From: Stylophora pistillata
Taxonomy: Eukaryota
Assembly: GCF_002571385.2 (NCBI RefSeq)
Contig: NW_019217822.1
Coordinates: 1,001,297-1,065,296 of the forward strand
DNA: 64,000 nt
Direction of reading: 5' to 3'
This document shows positions 1 through 12,300 of the stretch, in pieces (position 1 is the stretch's first letter; every line of letters begins with the position of its first letter). Made by a program: the position numbers and the translations under genes. A model generated the notes under the pieces. The model saw nothing but the letters and a program-made list of their open reading frames with translations. It did not search any database and was not told the DNA's origin.

Positions 1-688
1 TGTCGATGGAGTTCGTTGATTCTAAACTGTGGGTTTCTTTAGCTATATGGAAGAAGACAATTTAGAAAATGAATGTCGAGAAAAAGAATCTCATAACAGT
101 CATGGGGAAACTTTATCCTCTTGCTTAGGAAATCAAAACACACCTCAATCATAAAGTCTTCTAATATCTCAGAAAACTAACCTGAAATCCTTGCGAAAAT
201 GTACGAAGAGGAGCATCAGCTGTTCCTGCGGGGCTGTTATTTAAGTAAAATTTGGATATATCAACAAAGTTGAAGTGGTAAATTGGCCACCGTAACGATT
301 CCAAAAGCAGACGTTTCGAGCGTTAGCCCTTCGTCGGAGCGAATATTCGCTCCGACGAAGGGCTAACGCTCGAAACGTCTGCTTTTGGAATCGTTACGGT
401 GGCCAATTTACCACTTCAACTTTGTTGATATATCCAAATTTTACTTAAATAACAGCCCCGCAGGAACAGCTGATGCTCCTCTTCGTACATTTTCGCAAGG
501 ATTTCAGGTTAGTTTTCTGAGATATTAGAAGACTTTATGATTGAGTTGTGTTTTGATTTCCTAAGCAAGAGGATAAAGTTTCCCCATGACTGTTATGAGA
601 TTCTTTTTCTCGACATTCATTTTCTAAATTGTCTTCTTCCATATAGCTAAAGAAACCCACAGTTTAGAATCAACGAACTCCATCGACA
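1..688. repeat. Spacerless near-perfect palindrome (arms at least 344 bp), in an intron of the myosin gene
   Basis: 1-344 is the reverse complement of 345-688, centre GAAT|ATTC at 344/345. One mismatch seen (143/546). The left arm runs off the window edge. Confidence 0.95.
349..382 (+). ncRNA. Minimal type I hammerhead ribozyme-like motif (Penelope-type); mirror copy at 307-340 on minus
   Basis: GCT-CCGACGA-A-GGGC TAAC GCTC-GAAA-CGTC-TGC. Core with C at position 4, 4-bp stem II, palindromic ACGT stem III, GUC triplet ending at 379. First stem I pair is mismatched in this copy. Confidence 0.6.
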
Positions 689-739
689 ACTCTACGGTGA
701 CTTCTTGTGTAATGTTTTGTTCCTGTGTTTTTCCTCCAG

Positions 740-3700
740 GAAAAACTTGATGGTCTTCTTAAAACTCTGGTGCAAGCGCAACCGACATTTGTAAGATGTA
801 TAAAGGCGAGTTATGTTTGATTGCAGGCTTGTTTGTAACCACCAAAATTTGTTGTTAGATTGGTTTTTCCATTGAATGTCGTAAAATCAAAAAAAACATA
901 ATCGCAACAGCTGCTCAGTACTTTAGAAGTCACTTGTAAAAACTCAAATTGAAAACAACCAAACTGCTTAATGCGCGGGAAAACGCGTCGTGATTGGTTG
1001 AGAGAGTGACACGAGTTTTCTAGACGAATCACAGAGAAGTAAAACAAAACCAATGCAATCTCAGATTACTTTCGATACTCATTTGAAAATTGTTCCACTT
1101 AAAATCTTGTGCTCTTCTGGTGACGCATGAATTGTTTATCTCTTAAACAAAAAATATGAAAAGTCATCAGTAGTGGACACAATGTTGTGCTCTACCAGAT
1201 GGGAGGGACGGTGTCTTAATTTTTACATTTTTCCGCAGACACATCTGTTGTCACTTTGTAGGCAAAAGCATCGATAGTACTCTCCCTCCCTGTTAGTTTC
1301 AGCAATTTTTATTCTTTGCCGTTGACCTTTTGCTTCGTGTTTCACTTTGATTACAGATAAATACTCGCGAGGAGCCATATTCCTTCGACCGTGGAATTGT
1401 CAGTCAACAGATTCGAGTGTTGCAGATATTCGAGACTCTTCAATTGCTTCAGTCAGGTAGTTGACCCTTTAACTCATTAGGGTAACTAAGACAAAATCTC
1501 TCCTTACAATACAAATACAGTATCAAGCAGACAAGTGAAATATATCAATTAAGGTATCATTAGTTGATCCAATACCAAATTCTTCGAAGTACCATTATAA
1601 GAATCGTACAGCCGACTGTAAGGGGAATCACCAGTGAGGTATTAGAAAAGAGCCCCCTGTTCTTGTAGGCCTTGAGACAAACCGTGATACAATCAGCGAC
1701 AAAAATCACTGAATACCGATCATATAATGCAAAGCTTACGGAAAAATCCTTGCGTGTCCCTCATCAGTACACCACGTCTAATTTTATCAAAGAGTTACCC
1801 ATACAAAATTAGAATTTATCGCTAACTTTTTAATGCACGATTATCTTATTTCAGCCCTCGCTAATCGCATTCGACTTCAAGCATTCGCTAGGAGGTATGC
1901 CTTTGTCTCGCTGCGTAAGGTCCGGGGTTTGGAGGAGACTGGGTATGAGGATTGCAAAACTATTCTGGAGACGCTGATGAGAAAAGCTGATAAGTCAAAG
2001 AGTGACGTCATGTTTGGCTCGTGGGTACTGGGAAAGAGATACGTTTTCTATAGGTAACTTGCAATTATTATTTAATATTTTTCTTTTATTTTCAATTTTT
2101 TCAATTGGTGAATCTTCCCTTCGAATTTTTGTAATACGGCGCTTCGAATTTCACTGTGAATTAAAGAGGAAAACCCTTTAGAATTTGGGAAGGCGTTGAA
2201 ACGAAATAGAAGGACGTAATACTTTTTTAACAAGTGCTAGCCTTTGTATAGAAGCTATTTATATGTAACTTTTTTGTCGTGTACTTTTGTAGTGAAGTAG
2301 TGAAGCAAGAATTAGCGAACTTGTATGAAGAAAGAAAAGTGAAGGCCGCTGTGACGATCCAGTGCTGGCTAAGGAGATGGATCTGTCGAAAGAGATGGCC
2401 GAACCTAAAACGTTCATTGGAACTTCAGCGAAAAGGCCGGCAGGGTAGCAAAAGTAATCACAGGTGAATATTGTAAACTGATAGCCGAAGGTGTTTGAAG
2501 GGAGGTTGAGAAGGGCTCCGGTTGCTAGTGAATTAACCACCACGCATAGCATAGATTCTCTGTTTGTCTCACGTTCAAGAAGTACTTTGAAAGTCTTTCG
2601 TGATGTGGTCCAAGACTGTAGCTTGCCTCTTGCTAACAAAGCTTCCTTGTCGAAACTCGGTATCTTTTTACAGTCTTGTTCGCAGATCAGTTTCTCTGTC
2701 GGATGAGCTTCGGGTTGACACGAAGGCTGCCGACCAGTCGTGCTGTCTCTTCGGAATCGATATGGTAAGCCGAAAGAGTTGAAATACAAAGAGTAATTTT
2801 GGATTACGGCTGTTTTGTGTGAAAAATTTCTTCCCAACTCGAGATAAATAGTTGTTTTTGCTTTACAACACTTTGTGATTGATGTAAAACAAAAAAACTG
2901 CGCCACCCTCCCAACCAAAACGGAAAACTAGTATAGAATTTAACGTTTTTTGCTTCCACCTTTTTAGGAGACTCCCCCACCTTTGCCTAAAAGCCGTCCG
3001 TACACTGTGTTAGGAAATATGAAGATGGGGTTCCCACAAAATCGTATCATGAAAATGGATTATCCAGGTAAGTGAACTCTTGCTTGCTTCTTTGTTTTGC
3101 CAAAATAGAAAAAAAAAATTGGGACAAGTATACTCCTGAGCCAAATGTCCTATCCTACCGGAGCTTAGCTTGTGTAACAGGAGCTAATTTTTTTACATTT
3201 TCGGGAAGATTAAGGGGAACGAAAAGCCAATGTGAGGCGGGCGGGAGAAGAGCGTGGGGCGAACGTTGGGCAAGCGCGAGGCGAGCTCGGAGCGAGCGTG
3301 AGGCGAGTGCGAGGAAAGCCCAAGGCGAGAGTTAAGCGAGTAGGAGGAGAGCGTTGTGTTAGCGCGAGGCGAGCGCTAGGAGCTAGCTGCCAGCGCTACA
3401 AATTTTCATTCTTCTGCCTCTTTTAGATGACGGCAGCGAAGTTCTTCTGAAGAAAGGACAAGTTGTAAAGGTGGTTCGGGCGTCAGAAAAAAGAGGGTAT
3501 CTGGTTATAGAGCACAGAGGCACAACAATTCACTTGCCTTTTCAGGTTATGGAGCTTAAGGTACTAGGTTTAAAATGTTTTGTTTTTTTTTACCCTCGTA
3601 TAGTCTTGCAACGTGATAAACTGACGTGACCATGAACAGGACTGGAGCAAAGAAACTGTTTTTGCCCCTGTCCATACCTATAACCGTTCGGTTACTTTAG

Positions 3701-4475
3701 TTGGTCTGCTTGTCTAGCGTCTCTTCTTTTTGATGACAATTAATCAATTAAATCCTTTTGCATGTTTTTAAAATCACGTTTGGTGGCCTCTAAACTTTCC
3801 TTTAACAATTTAATTCTTTCGTTATCCGCATTTAAAATCAACCAGTTTTTTTTTTTTTTTTTTTACACCTGAGGTGAATAAGACCTCCTGAATATGTAGT
3901 TCCAACACTGACGCTGATACAGCATGATTTTAAAACAGTGTTCAGCTTGGATGTGGTATTGAACGTCTTGGGATTAGGTTTCACCAAGAGGACCTTTATC
4001 AATCAGATAAAGATTAATTTTGCAGGGAAGCCAACAAGAACCCAAAAGGGGCATATGATTGGCAGGGAGGATGGCGCGAGATCTTTAGACCAATCAGTCT
4101 TAAGTGGAGATAAACCTCTGCTCTATTTTAACCAATCAATTGTAAAGGAACATCGTCCCTGAGCAAAGCTTGTTTCCACATTGCTGTGTTCGTTTTTGTA
4201 ACACGGTTAGATATGTAGTCAAGTTTGCGTGTCATCGGTTCTTAAATTTTTCTCTTCAATTAGGGGAAAATCAAATTTTTTAAATTGATAACACCTTGTT
4301 AATTGAAAAGTTCCTTTGGGTCGAATGATTTACCTTTTGCCACCTCGGCATTTCACTTGAGAACGATAGATAAGTCTACAGATAGGACCCTTTATTCAAG
4401 CTTTGAGGAACGACCCTCTTGTGTGACTAGAAAGGCATTTTTTTGCAGAATTCTCCGAACCCTTCACCGAGGTGA
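740..4475 (+). CDS. dachs: Dachs-like unconventional myosin, 3' portion (end of motor domain, IQ motif, C-terminal SH3-like tail); 5' exons lie outside the window
   Basis: In-phase exons 740-805, 1357-1456, 1855-2053, 2293-2463, 2674-2764, 2968-3067, 3427-3560, probable last exon 4449-4475 (NSPNPSPR*). Peptides KLDGLLKTLVQAQPTFVRCIK, SFDRGIVSQQIRVLQIFETL, WVLGKRYVFYSE, AAVTIQCWLRRW, PPPLPKSRPYTVLGNMKMGFPQNRIMKMDYP and RGYLVIEHRGTTIHLPFQVMEL match Drosophila Dachs as I recall it. First intron has a GC donor (AAG|GCGAGT). Confidence 0.85.
1462..1645. mobile_element. Decayed TTAA-type (piggyBac-like) MITE
   Basis: Starts TTGACCCTTTAAC and resembles the better-preserved copy at 31840-32050. The right terminus is not clear. 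Confidence 0.45.
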
Positions 4476-6470
4476 CCAGACACAGTGGTGAATAAAGGCA
4501 AGTCTAACTATGGTAAGTTTCTTTTTACCTATTTCACTCTGCGACTACTACTGTGCATTTTCTGGCTTGTTGATAATCGCTGTAGTGAATCTTCAAAAAA
4601 AATGTTCTTCGTTTTATTTTGTCGACCAGGGAAAACACGATTAAACCCTGATGGAACAGTTTTAGCTTACTACGCCTGCTGTCCGTTCTAATCTCAGAAA
4701 GCAGACAGGACTTGGGCCCTCCTTAGCAGAACATGTGATCGCTGTTATTGGCTAGAGTTCTGTTGGATAAAGGAAACACATCACGTGCGAAAAACCTTGT
4801 CCTTTGATAGCATGCGAAGAAACGCACATGATGTGCACGTAAACATAGCATTGTGTTAGGAGTTTATTTACGATTAGTTAGCGCATAACAGAGGTTTAAT
4901 TTGCCCACGTCGTACTTAGCGGATGTGAGCCGACAGCTGCATTGAAAATGATGCTAGCACAGTTCTGGACATTGCGTAGTTTGTCTTGTCAGATAAAGTT
5001 AAGGCAGCAACATGGTGAATATCTATATTTGTATATTGGTTGAAAGTTTATTTTCAGCTCTGTGAGTTTTTACAGCTACGGTGTAAACCTTGACGAATGA
5101 TTGTGTGCGATGATTTTTTTCCCCAAGTGAAAATATTATTGAAAATGGAAATATTTTTGTAACGCATGATAAAGCGTTAAACTTAAGCTACCAGTTGTAT
5201 GGTTCTTTCTACTAACAATGACTAAAATTACATAAGTGACTGCGCGTGTGCCTTCACGCGGATGGGTGAGCGCGTGGCAGTGCATCTGCCGACGCGCGTG
5301 GTTATGTGGGAGTTTGTAGACTCCTTGCATTCAAATCTGTCTTTATAACAAAAAAACGTCAGGAGACTGGAAATCTTTCATTCGCCAAACGTCGAGTCGA
5401 AAAACACCAACAGAACTGAACTGAACTTTGCTTTGTTTTAGTGTTTCTCAGACAGATATCAGATACAAAATTGCTGATAGCTTTTCAGTTCAACTTTCGC
5501 TTTCTGGAGTAACGTCCTTGACAGTTTGCTTATTCTTCTGGTAATCTTACCAAAAAAAGCTTGAGACAAATAAAATGTATAATCAAAGGCTTAACGGAAA
5601 GACATTCCGAAAATATGTAACAGTATTGAAGTTATGAACTTAAAATGATGAAATGTTTCTCGGTTAGAGACGTGTTAGTTCGTCTTAATCGGCGTGTTAC
5701 TCTCGATTGGGTTGCGAGTATATTTCACTACGATATAAAATCGACCATAATATTGTAAGCCATGGTTATCTAATGAAAAGTCTTTAAAGGTGGTAGAAAT
5801 TTAGAAGCAGGGTTTAAATCAAACGATAGTGTTTTAGTTGTTTACTGCAGACGTGGCATTGTTTAGAGATAGAAGCCATATTTTTGTGTTTTCGTGCGAT
5901 TATCGTTCATCGTATTGATAGTCGAAGCTTCGAGTCTTGATGTTGAAGAAGAAGAAACCTTTTTAGAAAAAAAAAAAAGCTTCAGGCATAATTATTTAAT
6001 ACTAGAAGCACTCTATAAGTTCTCCTACTATTTTATTTCTTGTCATTTCCCTTAGTTCTGTCTGCTGAGTTCATCCCAGCAGGTGAATCATATCGATTTC
6101 AGTCTCGTGTCTTTTCCACTCTTTGTAGACTAATTGTCTTCTTTGTACAGTTACAGTTCTCGCATTGTTCACTTTAAAGCCATCGTGATTTCTTCAAACT
6201 TTTAGTTGTGAAATTTAACTGACATGTTGCTTGGAGACGGAATAGAACGGACATGAGAACATCTTAAGAAAGATAATTGTATCAAAAGCCTTAAGTCAAT
6301 TTTGTCAAATTCTTTTATCGCTTTTCCGATAAATCATCTATTTTTAGCGCTCTTAAATGTGGTTCATTTCTAAGCTCAACGGGAGGGAAAAACTCCCCAA
6401 GGAAAAAGACAAAAAATAAGAGTAATGGACGTTGATCTCCGAGAGTGTTCTCAACTTGTGTTGCTTAATA

Positions 6471-6715
6471 ATTTGGATATATCAACAAAGTTGAAATGGT
6501 AAATTGGCCACCGTAATGATTACAAAAGCTGACGTTTCGAGCGTTAGCCCTTCGTCGGAGCGAATAGAGGAAATGTGGGTTGTGTGTGATTTTAAAGGCA
6601 GTAAATGGAGCTACGTTATTGGTGGGTGCATGGCAACGAGAAAAACATGAATAAATTAGTGGAATGAAAAGCGTTCATTGATCCCTGTGGGATTGAGACT
6701 GCCGGTTTGAAAGAA
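6471..6715 (-). mobile_element. Penelope-type repeat copy with hammerhead motif (motif 6528-6561)
   Basis: Near-identical to 250-345 and, reversed, to 47706-47899. Minus strand reads GCT CCGACGA A GGGC TAAC GCTC GAAA CGTC AGC, so stem I GCU/AGC can pair. Confidence 0.7.
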
Positions 6716-8020
6716 TTAATATTGCTAATCGTCCGCTACACCACGCGTTACACCTGACTTCATTTTAAATACCCTCTAGCTATTCGGCTTAAAAATGTCA
6801 TTGTTTGCCGTACATTGCCCCATAAACAAAGAAATCATCATCTAATAGCGATAATTTTCCCTCCGGCTTGTGAAAAGCGCGCTAATTTTGTTTTAGGAAC
6901 GAGAAGAATAGGCGACCGACCAAGCTTCAGTCCAGCTGAGATGTAACTCCAACTCTCTGTTGCGTTGGGTATTGTTATTTTCATTTTTTCTCTTCATTCA
7001 AAATTATTCATCTGAAAATAGCAGCGGCAAAGATTTCATCTCGGCTCGAATTCTGAGCAGAAACATTTTTTATCAGAATCTTAATTTCGGTCGTAAATCT
7101 TGAGTTTACCCAGCCACTTCCTTATCTTAGAAATCTTTGGCCCTTCTCGCCTCTCTACTCCTAAACCTTGTCATAAAGCTATTTCCCTGATGCGGCCTCT
7201 CTCTAAACTTTTAACTTTTATTGCAAATTGTAAAGTCTGATTCCCGTTGAGAAAATACATTAACGTCCATCGTACGGTCCTCTTTTTTGCCCAGCAACGA
7301 CAGGACGAGAAATGTAACCGACAAACCAAAACAAATCGATAAAATCGAAATCTTGTTTTTGTCGTTGTTCTTCTTTTGTGGTGCGAATGTTAACCAGTGT
7401 CATCCGTTTGAAACAAAACCAATAGGAAAGTTATTCTTTCATGCCTTGAAGAAGTACTGTACTGAATTGATAGAGCTGTTCTTTGAGTTGTAAAAAACAA
7501 AAACAGATTCACCTTCAAGCTGCTTTTTTAGACAGACAGAGTCAATCGCAGAAAATCCCTTTTTTTTTTTGTTACTCTAAATCATGCTTATTAACAAATG
7601 AAAGAAAAGACCTGGCGTCCCAAAGTCTCGTGAACTGGCGCAAAAACAATCAGCTTCCCATGAAACTGTCCTTAGTTAACCCCTGAAAGCTTTCTTAACT
7701 TCAAACAAACCTAAACTGCTTTTCCAAACTACATTAAACGCTGAGATGCCCCGGAAATACTGGGTCAGTTTGTCCCCAACTCACGAACAATATTAATTGC
7801 CTGACAGTAATCGAAAGACGCTTTTGTTGGAGTTCGCTCCATTTCAAAACGTCGCGTTAACAATCAAACTGTAGTGTAGTAAAGTTAGAAAGGCGTTGTT
7901 CTCAATTTTCTAAGTAAATATTTTTAAAAGCGATGCATGTGTCTTGCGACGCTGTGAAATGTTGTCTGATGAGTCATTAGTGCGTGAGATGATTTTTCTG
8001 CCAAGCAACCTGTTTCCGCT

Positions 8021-8115
8021 CTAATCGGCCAATGTGTGGTCTAAATGCGGTTATGGATTGTTTGTAAATAAATAATTTGACACAAAAGCTATACCTATCT
8101 TATAAACAAACAGTG
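8021..8115 (+). promoter_or_regulatory. Proximal promoter module of Fox gene 1
   Basis: CTAATC (8021-8026), TGTGTGGTCT (8033-8042, contains the Runx-type TGTGGT) and TAAACAAACAGTG (8103-8115, forkhead-type). The same three motifs occur in the same order upstream of Fox gene 2. Confidence 0.55.
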
Positions 8116-8252
8116 CCGGTGGTCCATAAATAAAAGTCACGGCCCCGTGCGACTTTTTCCCAGTGCCTCCAATGTTGCAAGCGGTCCTGATTGCCCAAGA
8201 TCTCTAGGGTTGCTATTCCGTTTTGAGAGATCGCAAAGTGAACTCAAACGAG

Positions 8253-9377
8253 ATGTTTCCGTCGCACCGCAGTTGTTACTCTTCGCCGTATTTGTGTCAG
8301 CCATCATTTCACCCAGCTTTACCGAGCTATCCTTCAGCATTTTATCCTCAATGGAGTCGAGCCGGCTTCGCTGTTAACTGCCATGGCGGAGGAATATTCT
8401 TCCGTGAACAAGAACCACTCCCAAAACCTCCTTACTCCTACGTGGCTCTCATCTCCATGGCCATCAAACAAGCGCCAAACGAAAAAATTACACTGAGTGG
8501 AATTTATCAGTTTATCACGGAGAACTTTCCGTATTATCGCCTTAACAAGCGAGGCTGGCAGAACAGCATTCGACACAACTTGTCGTTGAACAAATGCTTC
8601 GTGAAAATACCTCGTGAGCGCTCCGATCCTGGAAAGGGATGCTACTGGAGTCTGGATCCGTCTTATGAGGAAATGTTCGAGGAAGGAAATTTCCGAAGAA
8701 GGCGAAGAAGACAGAGAAACTACCGCGGAAAAGAGGATGAAGATGACGAAGGAGATGAAGAGAATGGAATTTCCACTGAGTTGGAGACGTGCTCAAAGGA
8801 AATCGACGGTTTGCAAGAACACGCCGCTAAAAACCTCTTAAACCAAGATGGGCGACGAGAAAAGACGACAGCTCAAGACTTTGCTCATTCACGTTCGACA
8901 ACAAGTACCTGTATGGAGGATTCTTCGACGAACGACCAAAAGGAAGCACAAAGGAGTAAACCCGTAAACCAAGTGAAGCAGGAGCCTTGCGCAACAGAGT
9001 CAGATCACCCTTTCAGTATTGCAAACATTTTAGGGAATAAGCAAGTGAAGGAGAGGAGCGAACAGATAATGAGCGAAGCTTCTTCGATAAACGAGGACAC
9101 AGTTGGAGCGCAGACGGTTTCAGATTTGGTTAAGATTTCATCGTCGTCACGCGTAGACAAGAATTTTCCTGCTCCGAGATTCAGCATTTCTACAGACTGT
9201 AGCAGTCCTGCGAAGAGATTCTATAACGCTTGCACAGCTTTGAACTGTAACAGCACGGGGATAAAACCTCATTCTCTCCACGTTTACAGTTCGATCTGGA
9301 CTGTTCCTGGTTCGCCTCGTTCGAGCGGATTGTGTAGTCAATGTAACTGCCTGAACTGCCGTGCTCTTGGCTACTAA
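8253..9377 (+). CDS. Intronless forkhead box transcription factor (FoxL1/FoxC/FoxL2-related), 374 aa
   Basis: First ATG at 8253. Complete forkhead domain [14 protein letters not shown]...[22 protein letters not shown]...[10 protein letters not shown]...GNFRRRRRR, an acidic tract, and eh1 motif FSIANIL. Subclass cannot be assigned by eye. Confidence 0.95.
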   Translation: MFPSHRSCYSSPYLCQPSFHPALPSYPSAFYPQWSRAGFAVNCHGGGIFFREQEPLPKPPYSYVALISMAIKQAPNEKITLSGIYQFITENFPYYRLNKRGWQNSIRHNLSLNKCFVKIPRERSDPGKGCYWSLDPSYEEMFEEGNFRRRRRRQRNYRGKEDEDDEGDEENGISTELETCSKEIDGLQEHAAKNLLNQDGRREKTTAQDFAHSRSTTSTCMEDSSTNDQKEAQRSKPVNQVKQEPCATESDHPFSIANILGNKQVKERSEQIMSEASSINEDTVGAQTVSDLVKISSSSRVDKNFPAPRFSISTDCSSPAKRFYNACTALNCNSTGIKPHSLHVYSSIWTVPGSPRSSGLCSQCNCLNCRALGY

Positions 9378-12300
9378 CACGGTGAACTGCGAAGATGTTT
9401 AAGTATGTGTGAACCGACATGAACAAGAGCTTGACAGTTTTACATTTCTTCCCGATTTGTGGTTTTAAACAGTTTTCACCAAGCGATAGCGCACGAACAC
9501 AAGGCTAACAAGATCACGTAATGTTGGATTTGAGTTACCAAACGTGGCTAATTGCATGTAAACGAAGTGGTACCGTTCGTGTCATTTTGTTGATAATCGG
9601 ACGAATCTGTTGCTCACAACATTGAAAACTTGTGGGTGTCTCGAAAGATTTTTACGTAAACTTCCCATGGATTTCGCCTTGTAGCGGAATTTGTAGAACA
9701 CATCAATTGTGGATGAAACTAAGTTGAAAATATGTTTTGATCAGAAATATTACATCAGTTCAAAATAGTAATAAAGTGATAAAATCTAAGAAATCGATTT
9801 ATCTTTTTGTTTGATGGGTATTCTCCGCTCTTGAGTACTTAAATAACATACAAGAAAGCTAAAAAATTACGGATGACCTAGAAATTTTGTACATCGATCA
9901 TGGTAGCGTGCACTGTTCTAATCATGGACAAGCTCGCGAAGCATGAATTTGGCAAAAGTTATAGTTATTGGCTCGTGAAGGTTTGCGGTAAATTCTTTTT
10001 TTCAAATTTACTGAAAAACTATTCGAGGCGTGCCTCAAGACCTTTTACCCCAAGCGACCACAGTGGGTTACAGCTTTTCTATTAATAATATCTAGCAATC
10101 CTTTCAAACCTATTTGTCTGTATTGCGCGATTTAGCTACAGAATAAACATTTTCCTTTCCTATTTGCGAACCTTTCGTGCGTGCTGTAAATATTGATACG
10201 ATGAAATATAAACAAATAACTCTCCCCGTTGTCAAGAAATGTTGTTGAAGGGAAGTAAATTTCAGTAAATACGCCGACGACTCGCCTATTTTATTCTGAC
10301 ACAAGAATAGAAAAACTTCAACAGATTTTTGCTTTACAAACACAAGGTCCAGGGAAACACATTTCATTCATTATACATACACGGAGGGATCATTTGATGT
10401 TTACCTCTGACACTTCCGGTTCGCAGAATTGTTATTTCAGGGACTAAATTAACGACTGAAATTGTCGTTTTACTGTTTATCTATCGTATTTCTCAAACAC
10501 AGGTTAATAACTTGGTGGTTTTAAGAAAAAAATTTTTTTTTCGACCCTTACGAATTTTTTCCTATGCTACTCGATATGCGACCTTTCTTGACAAAGTCGT
10601 TTCATAAACATTTTTAATTCACCTAGCTATTGGCGAAAAGACAGCATTTAGCAAAGCGGTTTAGGTCGGTTTATAAAGACAGTAAACTTTTTATAGATGT
10701 TGTTATTTTAGCCGCAGGTCGCTTTTACTGGCTTGGTCTTCTCTCTATGACAAACGCAGGTCCTCGGGGCCACAGTCGCTGAAAACAAAAGATTTCACAG
10801 CCGGGACGAAGCCTTGAATCAGATGCGTTAAATGAGATTGTCGGCTGTGTCTTCAAGGGCCTTTGTTTATCCACGACACCTGTTTTCAAGGTATTTTATC
10901 AAAAATGTAAACCAAAAATTGAGGGCAGACAAAAGAGAACATTTAAACATTGTGGTATGTCAAATTAACCTCATTAATTCTTTAAAAAAAATATAGCAAC
11001 TAATGGAAAAAGTTAAAACTTGAACAATCCGCTTATCGGCCTAAAATCCTTGTAAAAACAACGAATAAATTGTGTATTATCTGGGGGTTTGTAATAATAT
11101 TATAACAGATTCATGAGCCAACAGCGATCAGCAAGAGTTTTCTAAACGATAGCCTCTAATGAAAATAAAGGCAACTGAAAAAAATCCAGACCAGCTTTAT
11201 TTCCCTAACTTCGGCCGTTTTTGTTGCTCAGGTTTGTTTAGTTATCTTTCACGAGGTCAAATAGAACTTTACCGGTTTGTATATACTATATCGTTTTTAA
11301 TGTATTTGTGGAAGAGTTATTTAAGATGTAAGCTTCTTAGAGATTACGAAATATTGTCTGAATTCAATTTTCCATTTTTCAAATTTTATTTCAAGCAATA
11401 TCACTGTCATTCTTTGTTCGCAACTGGCGTATCTACAGAATTTTTGTTGAGTTTTTTTTTTTTTTTTCATGTTCTTGAAGGTTCGTGGCATTATCAGCTA
11501 TTCTATGAAGAAGATTCTTTTATTCACCAATGACGAAGAAAAATGTAACTGGGCGAGGGAAAAACGAAATCGGCACAAGCTAGCCGCCTCACCTCTAAGC
11601 CTCACAGCACCTTTGCATTCGATTATGTGAGAGTTGGGTTTTTGTTTAACTCTTGATTCGATAAAGAATTGGAATAATGTGAAGTAAAACATTCTGTACA
11701 TAGTTTGACCAAAAGAAATAAAAAATTAAGAGAGAAATTGAAAGGGCGAGAGGAAAACATCCTAAACCATTACTGAGAAGATGTCTGTTGAAATACATCG
11801 ACAGGAATTTTTCTAATCAACTAAACGTTTAATTGAATCAGTCAGCGAAACGGAGAGTACGAACTAGGGGGCTTGTAATATTTTTCTTTAATTCAAACTG
11901 AAATGTTGAAAAAATATACCTTTAATGGTTTAGAAATGAATATATTTTTTTATTTACTGGTTGTGGCATTAATTCCCTTCAAGGCTGAACGGCAGACGAA
12001 TAAAGCTTGTTTTTTAATCACAATTTCTAACTTGAAATGAAAAGCTAAAAATCTCTATGGCCTGGTGGCTCTTTAATACAACTACGGTTTCAAGCAGTTT
12101 TTGGTTGCAGCCAACAAATTAAACTAATCTTGATAAGTAAAGTATTGTTCTTCTTCAGGAACGGGTCTGAATCGCTCAAACGTGTCGGTAGATTGTTTCG
12201 CCTCACAGCAGGCTTCACAGATTTTCCTTTTCTTTTAGTCTAGGAGTTCCTGATTATACTACGTGATACATTCGTTCGCACTTATCATTAAGACAGAAAC

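Noticed and set aside
2259-2918. 219-aa minus-strand ORF
   Set aside because: It is antisense to dachs exons and introns, has a non-ATG start and no recognisable domain.
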